Positions 30,495 to 40,669 of a DNA stretch of 64,000 nt are shown piece by piece. Below the pieces are notes generated by a model. The model saw nothing but the letters and a program-made list of their open reading frames with translations, was not told the origin of the DNA and searched no databases. Both the position numbers and the translations under genes were made by a program. The stretch is from Bacteriovoracia bacterium (lineage in GTDB: Bacteria > Bdellovibrionota > UBA1018 > CAIPTA01), in contig JBFWVL010000003.1 of the NCBI GenBank assembly GCA_050246755.1, forward strand, positions 96,001 to 160,000. Direction: 5' to 3'. Each line of letters begins with the position of its first letter. Position 1 is the first letter of the stretch.

Positions 30495-31466
30495 GGCCTA
30501 CATGATTGTTGTTTTCAGGGCCGCTCGTTTAGGGATTTCCCTGCTCTCAAACCAAGTTTTCGTTATGAAAATGCGCGTAGATCACGAGATGCGCATAAAG
30601 GCGGTCGGCTTGCTTGGTTGTGCACCAGGTTTTGCGGATTAAGCGATTCACATTGGCGCGAAACATCGCGCAGGTATGGTTAAGGCTAAAGAGCGGATCA
30701 AAGACCACCTTCTTTAACTCCCCCTGTCCGGTATTGGCCCCTCGCTTTCCCTTAAACGTCACATGCCGGGCTTTAGGGAAGAACTTTTTCACGTCCTTTG
30801 GGTAGTGAGGATTGCTGTCTGACTTAATGATCGCGTCTTCTTCAACGAAGGGAAGGATCTTTTGGAACAGCTTTCGTCGGCCTTCTCTACGAAAATCTGG
30901 CCGGTAGCCGTATTTTACCTTCGCCTTCCTGGTCAATAGTCCCTTGGCCGGCATCACGCTCACTTCAAGCCCCAGGATTCTTCTGGTTCCTGATTCCACC
31001 GCTAAAGTAATGGAGAGGGGTTTGCATTTCGTATGCTCAAAGGTTTCAAGATCATCGAACTCGATCTCGGCGGCCTTTTTCTCGTAGTTATTGCTCATCA
31101 ATAGAAATTCAGACTTCAACGATAGGAAATAGAACTTCCTCGCCACCGTTACCCTGGTTAAACACAGAATTTTGGCGATTCTTCGCTGGGAGACGGTCGA
31201 GGCAAAGAGTTTACGGATGAGCTCGTTCTTGTGGCGCTTCTTCTGGCGGTAGCATTCCTGGTAGGTGGCTCTCGAAAAGGCTTTCTTACAGCCCAGGCAG
31301 CGGAACCTTTGGATCCAGCTAGAGTCCGATGTTCGATAATAGACGCCGTAGCGTACGATTCCACTACGGGGAAGCCTGTCTATCTCACATTTAGGGCACT
31401 CTGGGCGATGCATGCGCCCGGCAAAAGCAAGTTCCTGGCCAATGAAAATCAACAATCATGTAGACC
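30495..31466 (-). mobile_element. IS1-like insertion sequence (about 972 bp) with imperfect TIRs
   Basis: Left end GGCCTACATGATTGTTG-TTTTCA versus reverse complement of the right end GGTCTACATGATTGTTGATTTTCA; encloses a transposase ORF. Confidence 0.85.
30547..31413 (-). CDS. IS1-like transposase (Zn ribbon, HTH, DDE-type core)
   Basis: CPKC...CLGC; HTH SQRRIAKILCLTRVTVAR; EFDDLETF; KSDSNPHY; R..RLIRKTWCTTK tail. Confidence 0.82.
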   Translation of the reverse strand: MHRPECPKCEIDRLPRSGIVRYGVYYRTSDSSWIQRFRCLGCKKAFSRATYQECYRQKKRHKNELIRKLFASTVSQRRIAKILCLTRVTVARKFYFLSLKSEFLLMSNNYEKKAAEIEFDDLETFEHTKCKPLSITLAVESGTRRILGLEVSVMPAKGLLTRKAKVKYGYRPDFRREGRRKLFQKILPFVEEDAIIKSDSNPHYPKDVKKFFPKARHVTFKGKRGANTGQGELKKVVFDPLFSLNHTCAMFRANVNRLIRKTWCTTKQADRLYAHLVIYAHFHNENLV

Positions 31467-31912
31467 GGTTTGTTAATTCTTCTCCATACATAGAATAGCT
31501 CATCTTCGCCCAATTGCAGGCGGATCACTAGGTTCCCGTCGGTAAATTTGAACGGTGTGCGGGTAACTTTTCCAGGCTGCATATCGGGGTCTTGGCTGCA
31601 GAGCTGTGTGTTCGCCGGATCCACCCATTCCGTTTGGTCCACGAGGATATTGTCCTCGATCTGGTACTTACCCGTTCGCTGGCAGTGATCATGCTCGCCC
31701 TCGTGCCACCAGTAGAGCCGGCTCGCCCCATCGGGTTTTAGCTCGTAGCGCAGGCGAAGCGTATCTTCCGGCTTTTCGGGAATTTCCTCCCCCTTATAGA
31801 CCTTCATAAAATATGCCCAGTGCCCTACCACTGTATCTTCGGCCCTGGCATCCATCGCCACGAAGAGCACCCCGGATACCGCGAGCAGTATCCCCAGTAG
31901 TAATTTTTTCAT
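31391..31912 (-). CDS. Secreted lipocalin-like hypothetical protein, with its C-terminus extended into the IS
   Basis: Signal peptide; VVGHW motif; last approximately 25 codons lie inside the IS. Confidence 0.65.
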   Translation of the reverse strand: MKKLLLGILLAVSGVLFVAMDARAEDTVVGHWAYFMKVYKGEEIPEKPEDTLRLRYELKPDGASRLYWWHEGEHDHCQRTGKYQIEDNILVDQTEWVDPANTQLCSQDPDMQPGKVTRTPFKFTDGNLVIRLQLGEDELFYVWRRINKPVYMIVDFHWPGTCFCRAHASPRVP

Positions 31913-33312
31913 TCAACCTTCCAGCCGCGGTCCTTCGCGGTTTGTAGAACCAGGCGCGTTTGTGGTTCCGAAAGCAATCCTTCGGCCGCGCTTCGCAGCG
32001 CCGAGGGGAAATCGTCGAACTGGGCTCCGTGCCCTAGGCGCACCAGCGTGCGGAAGGCGAGCTTGGCGGTGAGCTCGGTACCAAGCTTCGGCTTCATGTC
32101 CCAAAACGTCCCGCCCACGATGGTGCCATTCTGGTAAACGCCGGGGGCAAAATCCTGGTATGCTTTGAGCTTCGTCTCGAGGGTACGTCGGTATTCGCCG
32201 CCGAGATAGGACGCTTCTCCCATGCGTGGATTATCCAAAATCAGCGCGGTAAAAAGATCAGCAAAACCCTCGTTGAATCCTCCCCCTTCCCCTTCGGAAG
32301 GAAGCCCGGCATAGGTGTCGATCACGGCGTGAATGCTCTCGTGAATGAGCACCGAAGGATCGCGAATCATGTCTTTATAAATTTGCCCGTCGCCGGTGCC
32401 GAGATAAATCGTATCTTGGTGATAGAACGCGGCGTTGCTCACCCCGTTGTTGCCCACGTGCAATTTCACCTCGATCGGATGATTCAACTCGATACCGAGA
32501 TGATCTTTCAGCCAGCGATAGCCCTGATCGATGGTGAAGTAAGCTTGGCCAAGGTCAAAACGCCGGTCGTCTTGGGGAAAAAAGAAAGTAAGCTGGGGCG
32601 ACCATACCTTGAGATCCAAATTAGAAACCACGTGGAGCAAGCGGCCCGTGATCGTTCCATCGCCCGTAAGGTCCCGCAAGGTCTCTTCGGCCACGCCGCC
32701 GAGCTTAGACCCCTTGGGGAAAACCAGGGCCCGTCCATCAATGCCATCCCAATCCAGCTCTCCGTTTTCCAAAACCATTCCTTCTCCCGAAATGTTCACG
32801 AAGCGTAGCCGATCTTGATCGGGCGTGAGGTATTCCACCCTCCAATACGGGATCCAGTTCTCTTTCCCGCCCTCTGACTTCTCTTTTTTTACTTCCAGTT
32901 TGGGAGGGAACACGCGGGAGGCATTTTGCAGCTCGGGAAGCGAGGCCATCGCGCGCTCGAGGGCGTCGGTTAACGCGATATTCTTGTCCTCCACGGTGGA
33001 GGCGGCCGGCAAGTTATCCGCGAGCTCACCCGTGGCGTAGGTAACCTCTCCGCTCGTGCCGACTATTTTCTGCTGCCAAGTGCCCGCCACGTGCGCGCGG
33101 CCAATCGTTTGGCTCTCGCGGGCGATAAATTCACCTACGCCCTTTAGCAGTGGGCGCTTCTTTGTGGGCTCGGGGGGCATCGCGTTCGCCGTAAACAAAC
33201 GGGCCTTCTGGGGGCCTGAACTCTGTGCCCAGCGAAACTTCCGCAGGGTCTCTTTGGCGAAGCCCTGTACAGGCAAGAGAACGAAAAACACGGCCGCCAC
33301 GATTCTTTTCAT
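31909..33312 (-). CDS. Secreted Zn metallopeptidase, M4/M36-like
   Basis: NAAFY, HESIH (HExxH) and GGFNEGFAD motifs; signal peptide and propeptide. Confidence 0.85.
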   Translation of the reverse strand: MKRIVAAVFFVLLPVQGFAKETLRKFRWAQSSGPQKARLFTANAMPPEPTKKRPLLKGVGEFIARESQTIGRAHVAGTWQQKIVGTSGEVTYATGELADNLPAASTVEDKNIALTDALERAMASLPELQNASRVFPPKLEVKKEKSEGGKENWIPYWRVEYLTPDQDRLRFVNISGEGMVLENGELDWDGIDGRALVFPKGSKLGGVAEETLRDLTGDGTITGRLLHVVSNLDLKVWSPQLTFFFPQDDRRFDLGQAYFTIDQGYRWLKDHLGIELNHPIEVKLHVGNNGVSNAAFYHQDTIYLGTGDGQIYKDMIRDPSVLIHESIHAVIDTYAGLPSEGEGGGFNEGFADLFTALILDNPRMGEASYLGGEYRRTLETKLKAYQDFAPGVYQNGTIVGGTFWDMKPKLGTELTAKLAFRTLVRLGHGAQFDDFPSALRSAAEGLLSEPQTRLVLQTAKDRGWKVE

Positions 33313-33350
33313 GATTTCCTTCCCCCAAAATTTCAAACTATAACACGTAA

Positions 33351-33380
33351 GTTCCTCCCCGGAAAAATCCGGGGAGGAAC
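33351..33380. terminator. GC-rich hairpin downstream of 33388-33783
   Basis: GTTCCTCCCCGGA-AAAA-TCCGGGGAGGAAC perfect stem; weak U tail. Confidence 0.6.
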
Positions 33381-33387
33381 AGAAAGC

Positions 33388-33783
33388 TTAACGAGCGATC
33401 GTAAGTTTCTTTTCCATATAAGATCCATCGCCGTTCACGAAACGAAGCGTATGCTCACCCACATTTAAGCGGCCAAGCTGCACTTCTTTATGAAAAGGCA
33501 CGATCACGGTTAGGCACATACCTTCGGTCACGTTGGCAGTGGTGGTGATCTCGTGGAGATTTGCGCTAGGATGCTCCACTTGAATGTCTTTGATTTTATA
33601 GCAGCTATGGGGAAACCAGCCGTTTACCACCACAAAGGCATCCGAGCTGGAATCAAAGTTACTGGGAATATAGACGTCTCCCACCGTAACTACTTTCTCG
33701 TGGGTATCGCCTTCTTTGGCGATGGCACCGGTGGAAAAAGTTAAAACCAAAGCGGCTGCTACTAAGCTGAAAATTTTTATCAT
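33388..33783 (-). CDS. Secreted hypothetical protein with two Cys and a probable beta-sandwich fold
   Basis: AAGGAG RBS; signal peptide; VYIPSNFDS, GWFPHSCY and MCLTVIVPF. Confidence 0.75.
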   Translation of the reverse strand: MIKIFSLVAAALVLTFSTGAIAKEGDTHEKVVTVGDVYIPSNFDSSSDAFVVVNGWFPHSCYKIKDIQVEHPSANLHEITTTANVTEGMCLTVIVPFHKEVQLGRLNVGEHTLRFVNGDGSYMEKKLTIAR

Positions 33784-33831
33784 TACGCTCTCCTTATTGT
33801 TTTCGACCTGCTTGGTCTTGCTTCTTGATAG

Positions 33832-33848
33832 AGCAATGCTTGTGCCAA
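33832..33848 (-). promoter_or_regulatory. sigma54 promoter (-24/-12)
   Basis: TTGGCACAAGCATTGCT with exact GG-N10-GC spacing. Confidence 0.75.
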
Positions 33849-33920
33849 AGCATGTATCCACGAGCGCTGCGTTCTGCCGCTATACAGGTTTAGTAAGGAA
33901 CAGTTACGGGGCGTAACTAC

Positions 33921-35048
33921 TCACGCCCGGAATGGATTGCTCTCGTTCAGCTCATTCACGTACTGCACGATCGAGCCGGTTTCGCGCTTTAAAAAATCAT
34001 CCACGGCCGCCGAGAATTCCGGATGCGCCAGCCAATGCGCGCTCCAGGTAGTTACCGGCAATAGGCCCCGCGCGAGCTTGTGTTCCCCCTGCGCGCCCCC
34101 TTCAAATATCGAGATATTATTCGCAATACAGAATTCGATGGCCTGGTAATAACAAACTTCGAAGTGCAGGCCCGGAATATATTCCAGCGCTCCCCAGGAA
34201 CGCCCGAAAAAATGGGTGGAATTGAAAAGATCGAAAGCCGCCGCTATTCGTTTTCCATTTTTCGAAGCGAAAATCAAAAGTATATTCCTGGGCATCGTGC
34301 GCCCGAGCTGGAGAAAAAAGTCCAAGGTAAGCGGCGCGGGAGAACGGTAGAGATGGTGAGTATGCAGGTAGCAAGTATAGAAAAACTTCCAATCCTCTTC
34401 CGTGGCCCCTGCTCCCCGGATTTGCTCGTAGGTAACGCTCCCTTCCTTTAACTTTCGCCTCTCTTGTAATATTTTTTTGCGTTTGTCGTGGCGCATTCCA
34501 GCAAGAAAATCTGAGAAATTTCTAAATCCGCCATTTCGCCAGTGGAACTGCACCGTGTTCCGGAGCATGAGCCCGAGCTCTTTCATTTCCTTGGCCGCAG
34601 CTTCGGAAGGAAATAATATATGCAAAGAAGAAGCCCCGGCCTTCTCGGCCAGCCGTACGGCAGCACTAATCAATATTTTTTGCAGCCCTTCGCTCTCTGC
34701 CATGGCCCTTGGCCCACTCACCGGCGTGAAGGGCACCGAAGAAACGAGTTTGGGATAGTACGCCAGCCCATTTTGCTCGTAGGCGTCGGCCCACGCTTGA
34801 TCGAATACGAATTCCCCGTAAGAATGGCTCTTAAAATAAAGCGGGATCGCCCCTACCAATTTTTCCCCGGCGAAGGCGCCAATGAACCGTGGATTCCAGC
34901 CGGTTTCGGGGCTGGCGCAACGAGTTTCTTCGAGAGCCAGCAAATATTCGTGGGAAATGGTGGGATTTGCGCCGATGAGCGCGTTCCATTCTTTCCGATC
35001 AAAGCTCGCGACCGACGAAAAAACCCTAAGCTCGATCTCCTGCTTCAT
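33921..35048 (-). CDS. GNAT/FemAB-like (DUF482) acyltransferase
   Basis: KSHSYGEFVFD..WA, YYPKL..VPFTPV, LHFEVCYYQAI and GAQGEHKL motifs. Confidence 0.9.
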   Translation of the reverse strand: MKQEIELRVFSSVASFDRKEWNALIGANPTISHEYLLALEETRCASPETGWNPRFIGAFAGEKLVGAIPLYFKSHSYGEFVFDQAWADAYEQNGLAYYPKLVSSVPFTPVSGPRAMAESEGLQKILISAAVRLAEKAGASSLHILFPSEAAAKEMKELGLMLRNTVQFHWRNGGFRNFSDFLAGMRHDKRKKILQERRKLKEGSVTYEQIRGAGATEEDWKFFYTCYLHTHHLYRSPAPLTLDFFLQLGRTMPRNILLIFASKNGKRIAAAFDLFNSTHFFGRSWGALEYIPGLHFEVCYYQAIEFCIANNISIFEGGAQGEHKLARGLLPVTTWSAHWLAHPEFSAAVDDFLKRETGSIVQYVNELNESNPFRA

Positions 35049-35639
35049 CTAAACGCGCTTCCAAACCAAGGTACGGTTATTGGCGGGCATAGCGTAGTCT
35101 TTTTGTAGCGCCAACCCAATCTGCTTCGCCAGCGCATCCAGCGCTTCGAAGTCCCTCACTCCACTCTCGGGATTATTCCTCTTCAGCCACTGATCAAAGC
35201 GCGCATTGCTTTCAGAGGTGAATTTCCCGCCGTAATTAAAGGGCCCATATAAGGCCACCATTCCATTCGTAGCCAATACTTTGCCAATGCCGCGAAACAT
35301 CCCCTCCACCGCTTCCCAGCCCATGATATGCACCGCGTTCGCACTGAAAACGGCGTCCACTTTAGGAAGACTCCATTCGGGAGTACGAGCGTCTACGAGA
35401 ATGGGCGGAGCTACGTTGGAAAGCGCGGCTTCCTCGAGCCAGGCTCGAATGCCGGAATGATTTTCTGCTAAATCGCTCGTTTGCCATCTCAGGTGAGGCA
35501 GGTGCCTAGCAAAATAAACGGCGTGTTGGCCCGTACCGCTACCAATTTCCAGCACCATTTTGCGATCCGCGAACGCCTCCCGGAGAACTTCGAGGATCGG
35601 CTCCTGGTTTTGCGCACAAGACTCGGAGAAAGGCTTCAT
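35049..35639 (-). CDS. DUF938 family SAM-dependent methyltransferase
   Basis: VLEIGSGTGQH, WQTSD, YGPF, SNARFD and MPANN motifs. Confidence 0.9.
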   Translation of the reverse strand: MKPFSESCAQNQEPILEVLREAFADRKMVLEIGSGTGQHAVYFARHLPHLRWQTSDLAENHSGIRAWLEEAALSNVAPPILVDARTPEWSLPKVDAVFSANAVHIMGWEAVEGMFRGIGKVLATNGMVALYGPFNYGGKFTSESNARFDQWLKRNNPESGVRDFEALDALAKQIGLALQKDYAMPANNRTLVWKRV

Positions 35640-35674
35640 CGGCTCAATTTACCACGAACAGCGGGAGTTTTTTT

Positions 35675-37861
35675 CTAAGAAACAGGCTTCCACTTATTCA
35701 AAGCCGCTTCGAGTACGTGGATCGAAACTGGCTTGATCACGAAATCGTCCACTAAGTCGGTAAAATGAGCTCTTTGCTCTTTGTCGAGCACGTTGGCGGT
35801 GAAAGCCAAAATCGGCACCCGACGGCCGGAGTCTTTTTCGATTCCCCGTATCAAACCGGCCGCGGTTTTTCCATCCATCACGGGCATATGGTGGTCCATC
35901 AGCACGATATCGTAGCGCCCGCCAGAAAAAGCCTCCACGGCTTCTTTTCCGTTGGTCACGAGCTGAGCGGAATAACCTAATTTCTCGAGCATTTTGAGAA
36001 CGATGAGCTGGTTATTACTATTATCTTCGGCCACTAAAATACGAATCATTCGCTTTTCTCCGGCGGGAGTCTCCAACGCGTGGCGCGCGTAAGGATGGGA
36101 AGTTGGCAAGGCTTCGAGCAAAGGAGGATGGGAGATCTCCGCGGCGGCGGGGATGCCGAACTTGAGGGTGAACCAAAAGGTAGATCCCTCACCTGGCCTG
36201 CTTTCCACTCCTATTTCCCCTCCCATTAGCTCCACGAGGCGTTTACAGATAGATAGACCCAAGCCCGTGCCGCCGAACTTTCGGGCGGTGGTTTCATCAC
36301 CCTGAGTGAAAGGGGCAAATATTTTTTTTGTTTGCTCGGCGGACATGCCGATCCCGCTGTCCTTCACCGTAAACTTTACCTGGCAAGTATTTCCGTCGAT
36401 AGACTCCAGGAACGCCCCCACCACCACGCTGCCGCGCTGGGTGAACTTGATAGCGTTGCTGAGAAAATTGAGCAGAACTTGCCCTACCCGGCTCGAATCC
36501 CCCTTTAGGACACGAGGGATGCGCGGATCGAGCAAAGATTTAATCTCGAGTCCTTTCTCGTGGGCCGGAACCCCCAGGAGGCTGATCTGCATTTCAATTT
36601 GTTGCGCGAAATCGAATTCCAAATCTTCGATCTGCATCTTTCCCGCCTCGATTTTAGAAAAGTCGAGGATCTCATTGATCACCTTGAGTAAAATATTTCC
36701 CGAGTTGCGGATCACCGCTGCGCACTGGCGCTGGTCAATATCCAAATCGGTTTCCGCCAGCAAATCGGTCATTCCGATAATGCCGTTCAGCGGGGTGCGG
36801 ATCTCGTGGCTCATATTAGCCAAAAAGTCCGATTTTGCGCGCGCTGCCTGGTCCGCCGCCGCCTTTGCGTCACGCAGCTCCTGCTCAAAAAGCTTTTGTT
36901 GGGTAACGTCGCGAGCTACCGCGAACATCAGATCGCCGTGTGGTACCGACTTCCAGGAAAGAAAGCGATAGGCTCCATCCTTAGTGCGGAACCTATTTTC
37001 GAACGAAAGAACCTTATGTCCCTTCGCCTGCCGTTCAATTTCGTCGGCGGTCCTCTCCCGATCATCGGGATGAACGAATTCCACAACCGGCTTTGAATAG
37101 AGCTCTGCGAGGGAATAGCCCAGTACGTCCTCAAAGGCCGGCCCGAGACGCTTAAAATACCCGTCCATGCCGGAGATGCAGAGCATGTCTAGCGAAAGCG
37201 TAAAAAATTGGTCTAACTCTTTCTCGGCTAAATCACGGGCCCTGGAATCCCGCCTCACGAAGTAGCTGGCCATCATCACTAGCAGTAAAGCAATCAAGGC
37301 CCCGAGCGGGATCATCACGGAGGTTAAACGGCCATACCTCGTCAAAAGAAGAGTTCGGTCTTCGAGAAGCCGGGCTTCCCGCCCCATCACTTCCTGAATT
37401 TTGGCGCGCAAGGCATCGTCGATATTGCGGCCCGTATCGCTTCTCATGGAATTCATAATCGCCGGCACACCTTTTGTTTGCCGCAATTGTACAAAAAACT
37501 CCCAGCGCTCGATTCTCATCGCGAGCATCGTGGCGAGCTCTTCTATCGCCTTACGCTGCTCTTCATTATCCGCCACCAGCTGCCGCAATTTCTCGAGGCT
37601 TTCCGGGATCCCGGCTCTCTCCTCTAGGTGATGCCTTAAATAGTACTCGTTTCCCGTGAGGTGGAAGCCGCGAATATAGGAAATCGCGGCCTGGTAGTGG
37701 AGCGAAAGTTTATTCAGTTCGGCACTTACCTCATTCGTATGTTGAGTCCAGCGCGAGCTCTCCAACAACCGCGACATGGCCAGATTTGAAGCAACTCCCA
37801 CAAAAAGGATGAGAAGACAGGCCGTGATTACGCCGAATCTGGTTTTCTTATTTTTTGTCAT
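35675..37861 (-). CDS. Hybrid sensor histidine kinase (CHASE3-PAS-HisKA-HATPase-REC)
   Basis: Two TMs flanking a CHASE3-like region; FVHPDD PAS; [12 protein letters not shown]; GGTGLGL; LMDHHMP receiver. Confidence 0.92.
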   Translation of the reverse strand: MTKNKKTRFGVITACLLILFVGVASNLAMSRLLESSRWTQHTNEVSAELNKLSLHYQAAISYIRGFHLTGNEYYLRHHLEERAGIPESLEKLRQLVADNEEQRKAIEELATMLAMRIERWEFFVQLRQTKGVPAIMNSMRSDTGRNIDDALRAKIQEVMGREARLLEDRTLLLTRYGRLTSVMIPLGALIALLLVMMASYFVRRDSRARDLAEKELDQFFTLSLDMLCISGMDGYFKRLGPAFEDVLGYSLAELYSKPVVEFVHPDDRERTADEIERQAKGHKVLSFENRFRTKDGAYRFLSWKSVPHGDLMFAVARDVTQQKLFEQELRDAKAAADQAARAKSDFLANMSHEIRTPLNGIIGMTDLLAETDLDIDQRQCAAVIRNSGNILLKVINEILDFSKIEAGKMQIEDLEFDFAQQIEMQISLLGVPAHEKGLEIKSLLDPRIPRVLKGDSSRVGQVLLNFLSNAIKFTQRGSVVVGAFLESIDGNTCQVKFTVKDSGIGMSAEQTKKIFAPFTQGDETTARKFGGTGLGLSICKRLVELMGGEIGVESRPGEGSTFWFTLKFGIPAAAEISHPPLLEALPTSHPYARHALETPAGEKRMIRILVAEDNSNNQLIVLKMLEKLGYSAQLVTNGKEAVEAFSGGRYDIVLMDHHMPVMDGKTAAGLIRGIEKDSGRRVPILAFTANVLDKEQRAHFTDLVDDFVIKPVSIHVLEAALNKWKPVS

Positions 37862-38019
37862 TTTGGCAGTGACTTAATCATATCGAACCCTAATTCGCTA
37901 GCGGTAATCGTCGACAATTAAATCTTTTTCGATATATAAAAATTTTTATTCATTAGCCAAATTACGCTATACGCGCCGCAAGCCCTAAAACCCAATTGCC
38001 GCCGCGCAAAAACCTTGGC

Positions 38020-38448
38020 CTATTCACGATATCCTTGTAACCCCTCGCTCACGGTGCGCATCAGGCGCTCGAGTTCGCGCAGGTCCTTGCCACTGAGAGT
38101 TTTGGAAATGCGCTGGGAAATATCATCCCGAATCACCTCCAAGCTTTCCGCTTTGGCCTTACCTTTTGCCGTAATCTCCAAGTGGCTGCGACGATTATCC
38201 AAGGGATCCGTCTTTTTCCTTACATAACCACTTTCCTCTAGTGACCGAAGCGCCCTTGTGACCGCCGCCGGATCCGTTTGCGTATGCGCGGCCAAGCAGG
38301 ACGCCGTGGCTTCCTGGTTTTCCGCCAGATAGAAAAGCATCACCATCTGCTTTTCGCCCATCTTTACCTTCTTTAATTCGGTACTCGCGATGAGCGTAAT
38401 TTCTCTTTTAAACGACCGGTACGCTTCCAATAAGGGATTGATTGACAT
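38020..38448 (-). CDS. MarR-family transcriptional regulator
   Basis: AAVTRALRSLEESGYV..DPLDNRR...IT.KG wing motif. Confidence 0.88.
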   Translation of the reverse strand: MSINPLLEAYRSFKREITLIASTELKKVKMGEKQMVMLFYLAENQEATASCLAAHTQTDPAAVTRALRSLEESGYVRKKTDPLDNRRSHLEITAKGKAKAESLEVIRDDISQRISKTLSGKDLRELERLMRTVSEGLQGYRE

Positions 38449-38484
38449 ATCAAGCACTATGCCGTATATTAATTGATATATCAA
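38442..38484. promoter_or_regulatory. Divergent promoter region with two 12-bp palindromes (candidate MarR operators)
   Basis: TTGACATATCAA (38442-38453) and TTGATATATCAA (38473-38484); plus-strand TTGACA-17-TATATT. Confidence 0.7.
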
Positions 38485-38526
38485 GGGCTCCGCTGCCATG
38501 CCGACCGCGCCCCAAAGGAGGTAGCC

Positions 38527-38724
38527 ATGAAAATGAAAAACCTAATCTTGCCCGCCCTATTAACCCTAATTTTGGCCGGCTGCGCGGCTGCGCCTGTGCA
38601 TGAGCCGAAGGAATGTGCCACTACGCGCATAGAAGAAGCCCGGCCCGATTTTGAAGTATGCAGCACGCCGCTGAATATTAGGCACGAGCCCTTTCTCGAA
38701 CGACGGGAAATCCAGGGCAGCTAG
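38527..38724 (+). CDS. Small lipoprotein
   Basis: AAGGAGG RBS; LAGC lipobox; 65 aa. Confidence 0.7.
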   Translation: MKMKNLILPALLTLILAGCAAAPVHEPKECATTRIEEARPDFEVCSTPLNIRHEPFLERREIQGS

Positions 38725-39185
38725 AAGGCTAGCCCTAAGCCAATCCAGTAATTCCGGTGCCCGCCAATGAAATCCACGGCAAAGCTGGGCACCAGCACGA
38801 AAAGCGCGAGCGGAATCGGCAGACGCGTGGAAAGCCTGGCGCCCACGTGGGTGCCGATTCCCGAGCCGAACTCAATCAGCGGGCTCGCCGCCACGAAAAA
38901 ATCCCCACCGAGCGGATGGAGCAGCACTTGCGGCGCCCCGAGCAGCGTGAAGCTTGGATCCGCAAACACGTGGTCCCCGAAGGCTCCGATTCCCACCAGC
39001 CTATTTATACGGCACTCATATTCGGCCCCCACGGAAACGTTCGTGTCGGAAGGCTCATCCGTGTGCACGATCCCCACTCCGGCTCCAAAGCGATGCGAGC
39101 AACCCGCCGCCCAGGATTCTTCCGCGATCCCGAAAAAAGCGACAAGAGAGAAACAAAATAAAAATATGCTTTTCGTTCTTTTCAT
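38721..39185 (-). CDS. Small outer-membrane beta-barrel-like protein
   Basis: Signal peptide; alternating beta-strands; ends WIGLGLAF. Confidence 0.65.
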   Translation of the reverse strand: MKRTKSIFLFCFSLVAFFGIAEESWAAGCSHRFGAGVGIVHTDEPSDTNVSVGAEYECRINRLVGIGAFGDHVFADPSFTLLGAPQVLLHPLGGDFFVAASPLIEFGSGIGTHVGARLSTRLPIPLALFVLVPSFAVDFIGGHRNYWIGLGLAF

Positions 39186-39268
39186 GGCTTTAGTTTGATC
39201 CCATTTTCCTCAGGAGAAAACAGAAAAGTACGCAAAAGCCTCGGCGCCTTCACACACATATGCCCCAC

Positions 39269-39466
39269 TTAGGCCGACTTCAATTTCTTCGCCAAGATAT
39301 CGCGGAAGCTCTCTTCCTTGGATTGCCCCTTGCGGCGCTCCGCCAGAGAACCGCTGCCGCTATCTCCGCTTTTCCCCGACTGCGCCTTGCGCGTCTCGGA
39401 GACATCATTCACGGAATAGACATTCTGATAATTTTTGTACGCCGAGATGGCGGATACTTTATTCAT
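39269..39466 (-). CDS. Small hypothetical protein
   Basis: GGAGGG RBS before ATG 39466; 65 aa ending SFRDILAKKL. Confidence 0.55.
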   Translation of the reverse strand: MNKVSAISAYKNYQNVYSVNDVSETRKAQSGKSGDSGSGSLAERRKGQSKEESFRDILAKKLKSA

Positions 39467-39618
39467 GGTCCATTCCCTCCGTGAAAGCCAGCGACTCCAG
39501 ATGAATCGCAAAGGCTAGGCCGAAGCCCAACTGGCCTAGAAATGCCGTAGGGCTTCCTGCGAGCCGGTAAAGGGCCCGGTACCGTTAGGAAATCGGGCGG
39601 TAATACTTGCGTGTAGGC

Positions 39619-40512
39619 CTATTCCGGCCGGCGAATGTATTCCACTCCTCCAGGAATGGGCTCCATCTCCGGGAGCAGGGCCTTCACCATCGTGCGGTGA
39701 CACTGCTGCTTAAGGAGCGCGTTCAGCGCCCCAATCTCGCTCTGCTCGCCGGGCGACGCATCGAGGTCGATATGGGTCACGATGAGATTCATGTTCGGAT
39801 TCGCCTGCTCCATTACCTCGCGGTAGTACTTATCCGACTCGCAAGAGAAAAGCCCAAGCACCTTCAGCCGGCTCGGCCGCGCTCTTAGCGCATCGAGGGT
39901 AGCATTCAGCGGCTGCTTGAAAACCATATTGAACGCATGCTGGGGTAGGCTCTCGATATTGAATCCGAGCCCCGAACCCACGCGGGAGTGACCTGAATAA
40001 AAAACGATGTCCGATTTCTTCAGCGCCTCGTGAAACTCCGCCCAGATCGTCTGGCTATGAGCATATTGGTTCCACTGCTGACTGCCGAAATTCGAGTTCT
40101 CCGCATCCACTTCGCTCACCGAGGCATGGTGGAGCTCGATCGTGACTTTACGGCCTTCAATCACGCGCTGCAGTTTCACCTTATTCGCGCCGCGAGCCAC
40201 CTCTCTGAATCCGCAGGCCTCGATATGGCCTCTGCATTTTCGCTTCAAAACCGTAGCCACCGCCGCCGAGTGAACCGCATCCGCAGTAACCTCGTCGTAA
40301 TTTTCGTAGCCGGCAAAGAGCGAGATTCTCAGCTCTTTGGCCGCGTTCAATTTTTTATGCTCGTCTGGGCAAGTGCGCCCGCCGAGGGCATCGATCTTAT
40401 CGAGCTGCGCCTCGAGTATGTCTACGGCTTCCAGGAGATCGTCGCGCGTATAGGCGTGCGCTGCAGTGGAGAACGTTAAGAGCGCGAGCAGTAGAAAGAC
40501 GTAGTTTGGCAT
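39619..40512 (-). CDS. Secreted hypothetical protein, possible clan CD (caspase-fold) cysteine peptidase
   Basis: Signal peptide; VFYSGHS and LGLFSCES motifs. Confidence 0.6.
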   Translation of the reverse strand: MPNYVFLLLALLTFSTAAHAYTRDDLLEAVDILEAQLDKIDALGGRTCPDEHKKLNAAKELRISLFAGYENYDEVTADAVHSAAVATVLKRKCRGHIEACGFREVARGANKVKLQRVIEGRKVTIELHHASVSEVDAENSNFGSQQWNQYAHSQTIWAEFHEALKKSDIVFYSGHSRVGSGLGFNIESLPQHAFNMVFKQPLNATLDALRARPSRLKVLGLFSCESDKYYREVMEQANPNMNLIVTHIDLDASPGEQSEIGALNALLKQQCHRTMVKALLPEMEPIPGGVEYIRRPE

Positions 40513-40669
40513 ATGGACTCTCTCTTCGAGAAACGTGCCAAATCCTACGCAACTATCGGCAACTAATGGCGATTTTAGGGCAAGTTGATAAGGCAGGACT
40601 GCCCAAGAACTAGACGGGCGCCAGTAACGTAGAACCTTTCCACCAAGAAAGAGGTCGGCGATTCCCAGG

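Noticed and set aside
38473-38484. TTGAT..ATCAA as an FNR box
   Set aside because: The spacer is 2 nt rather than 4; a MarR operator fits better.
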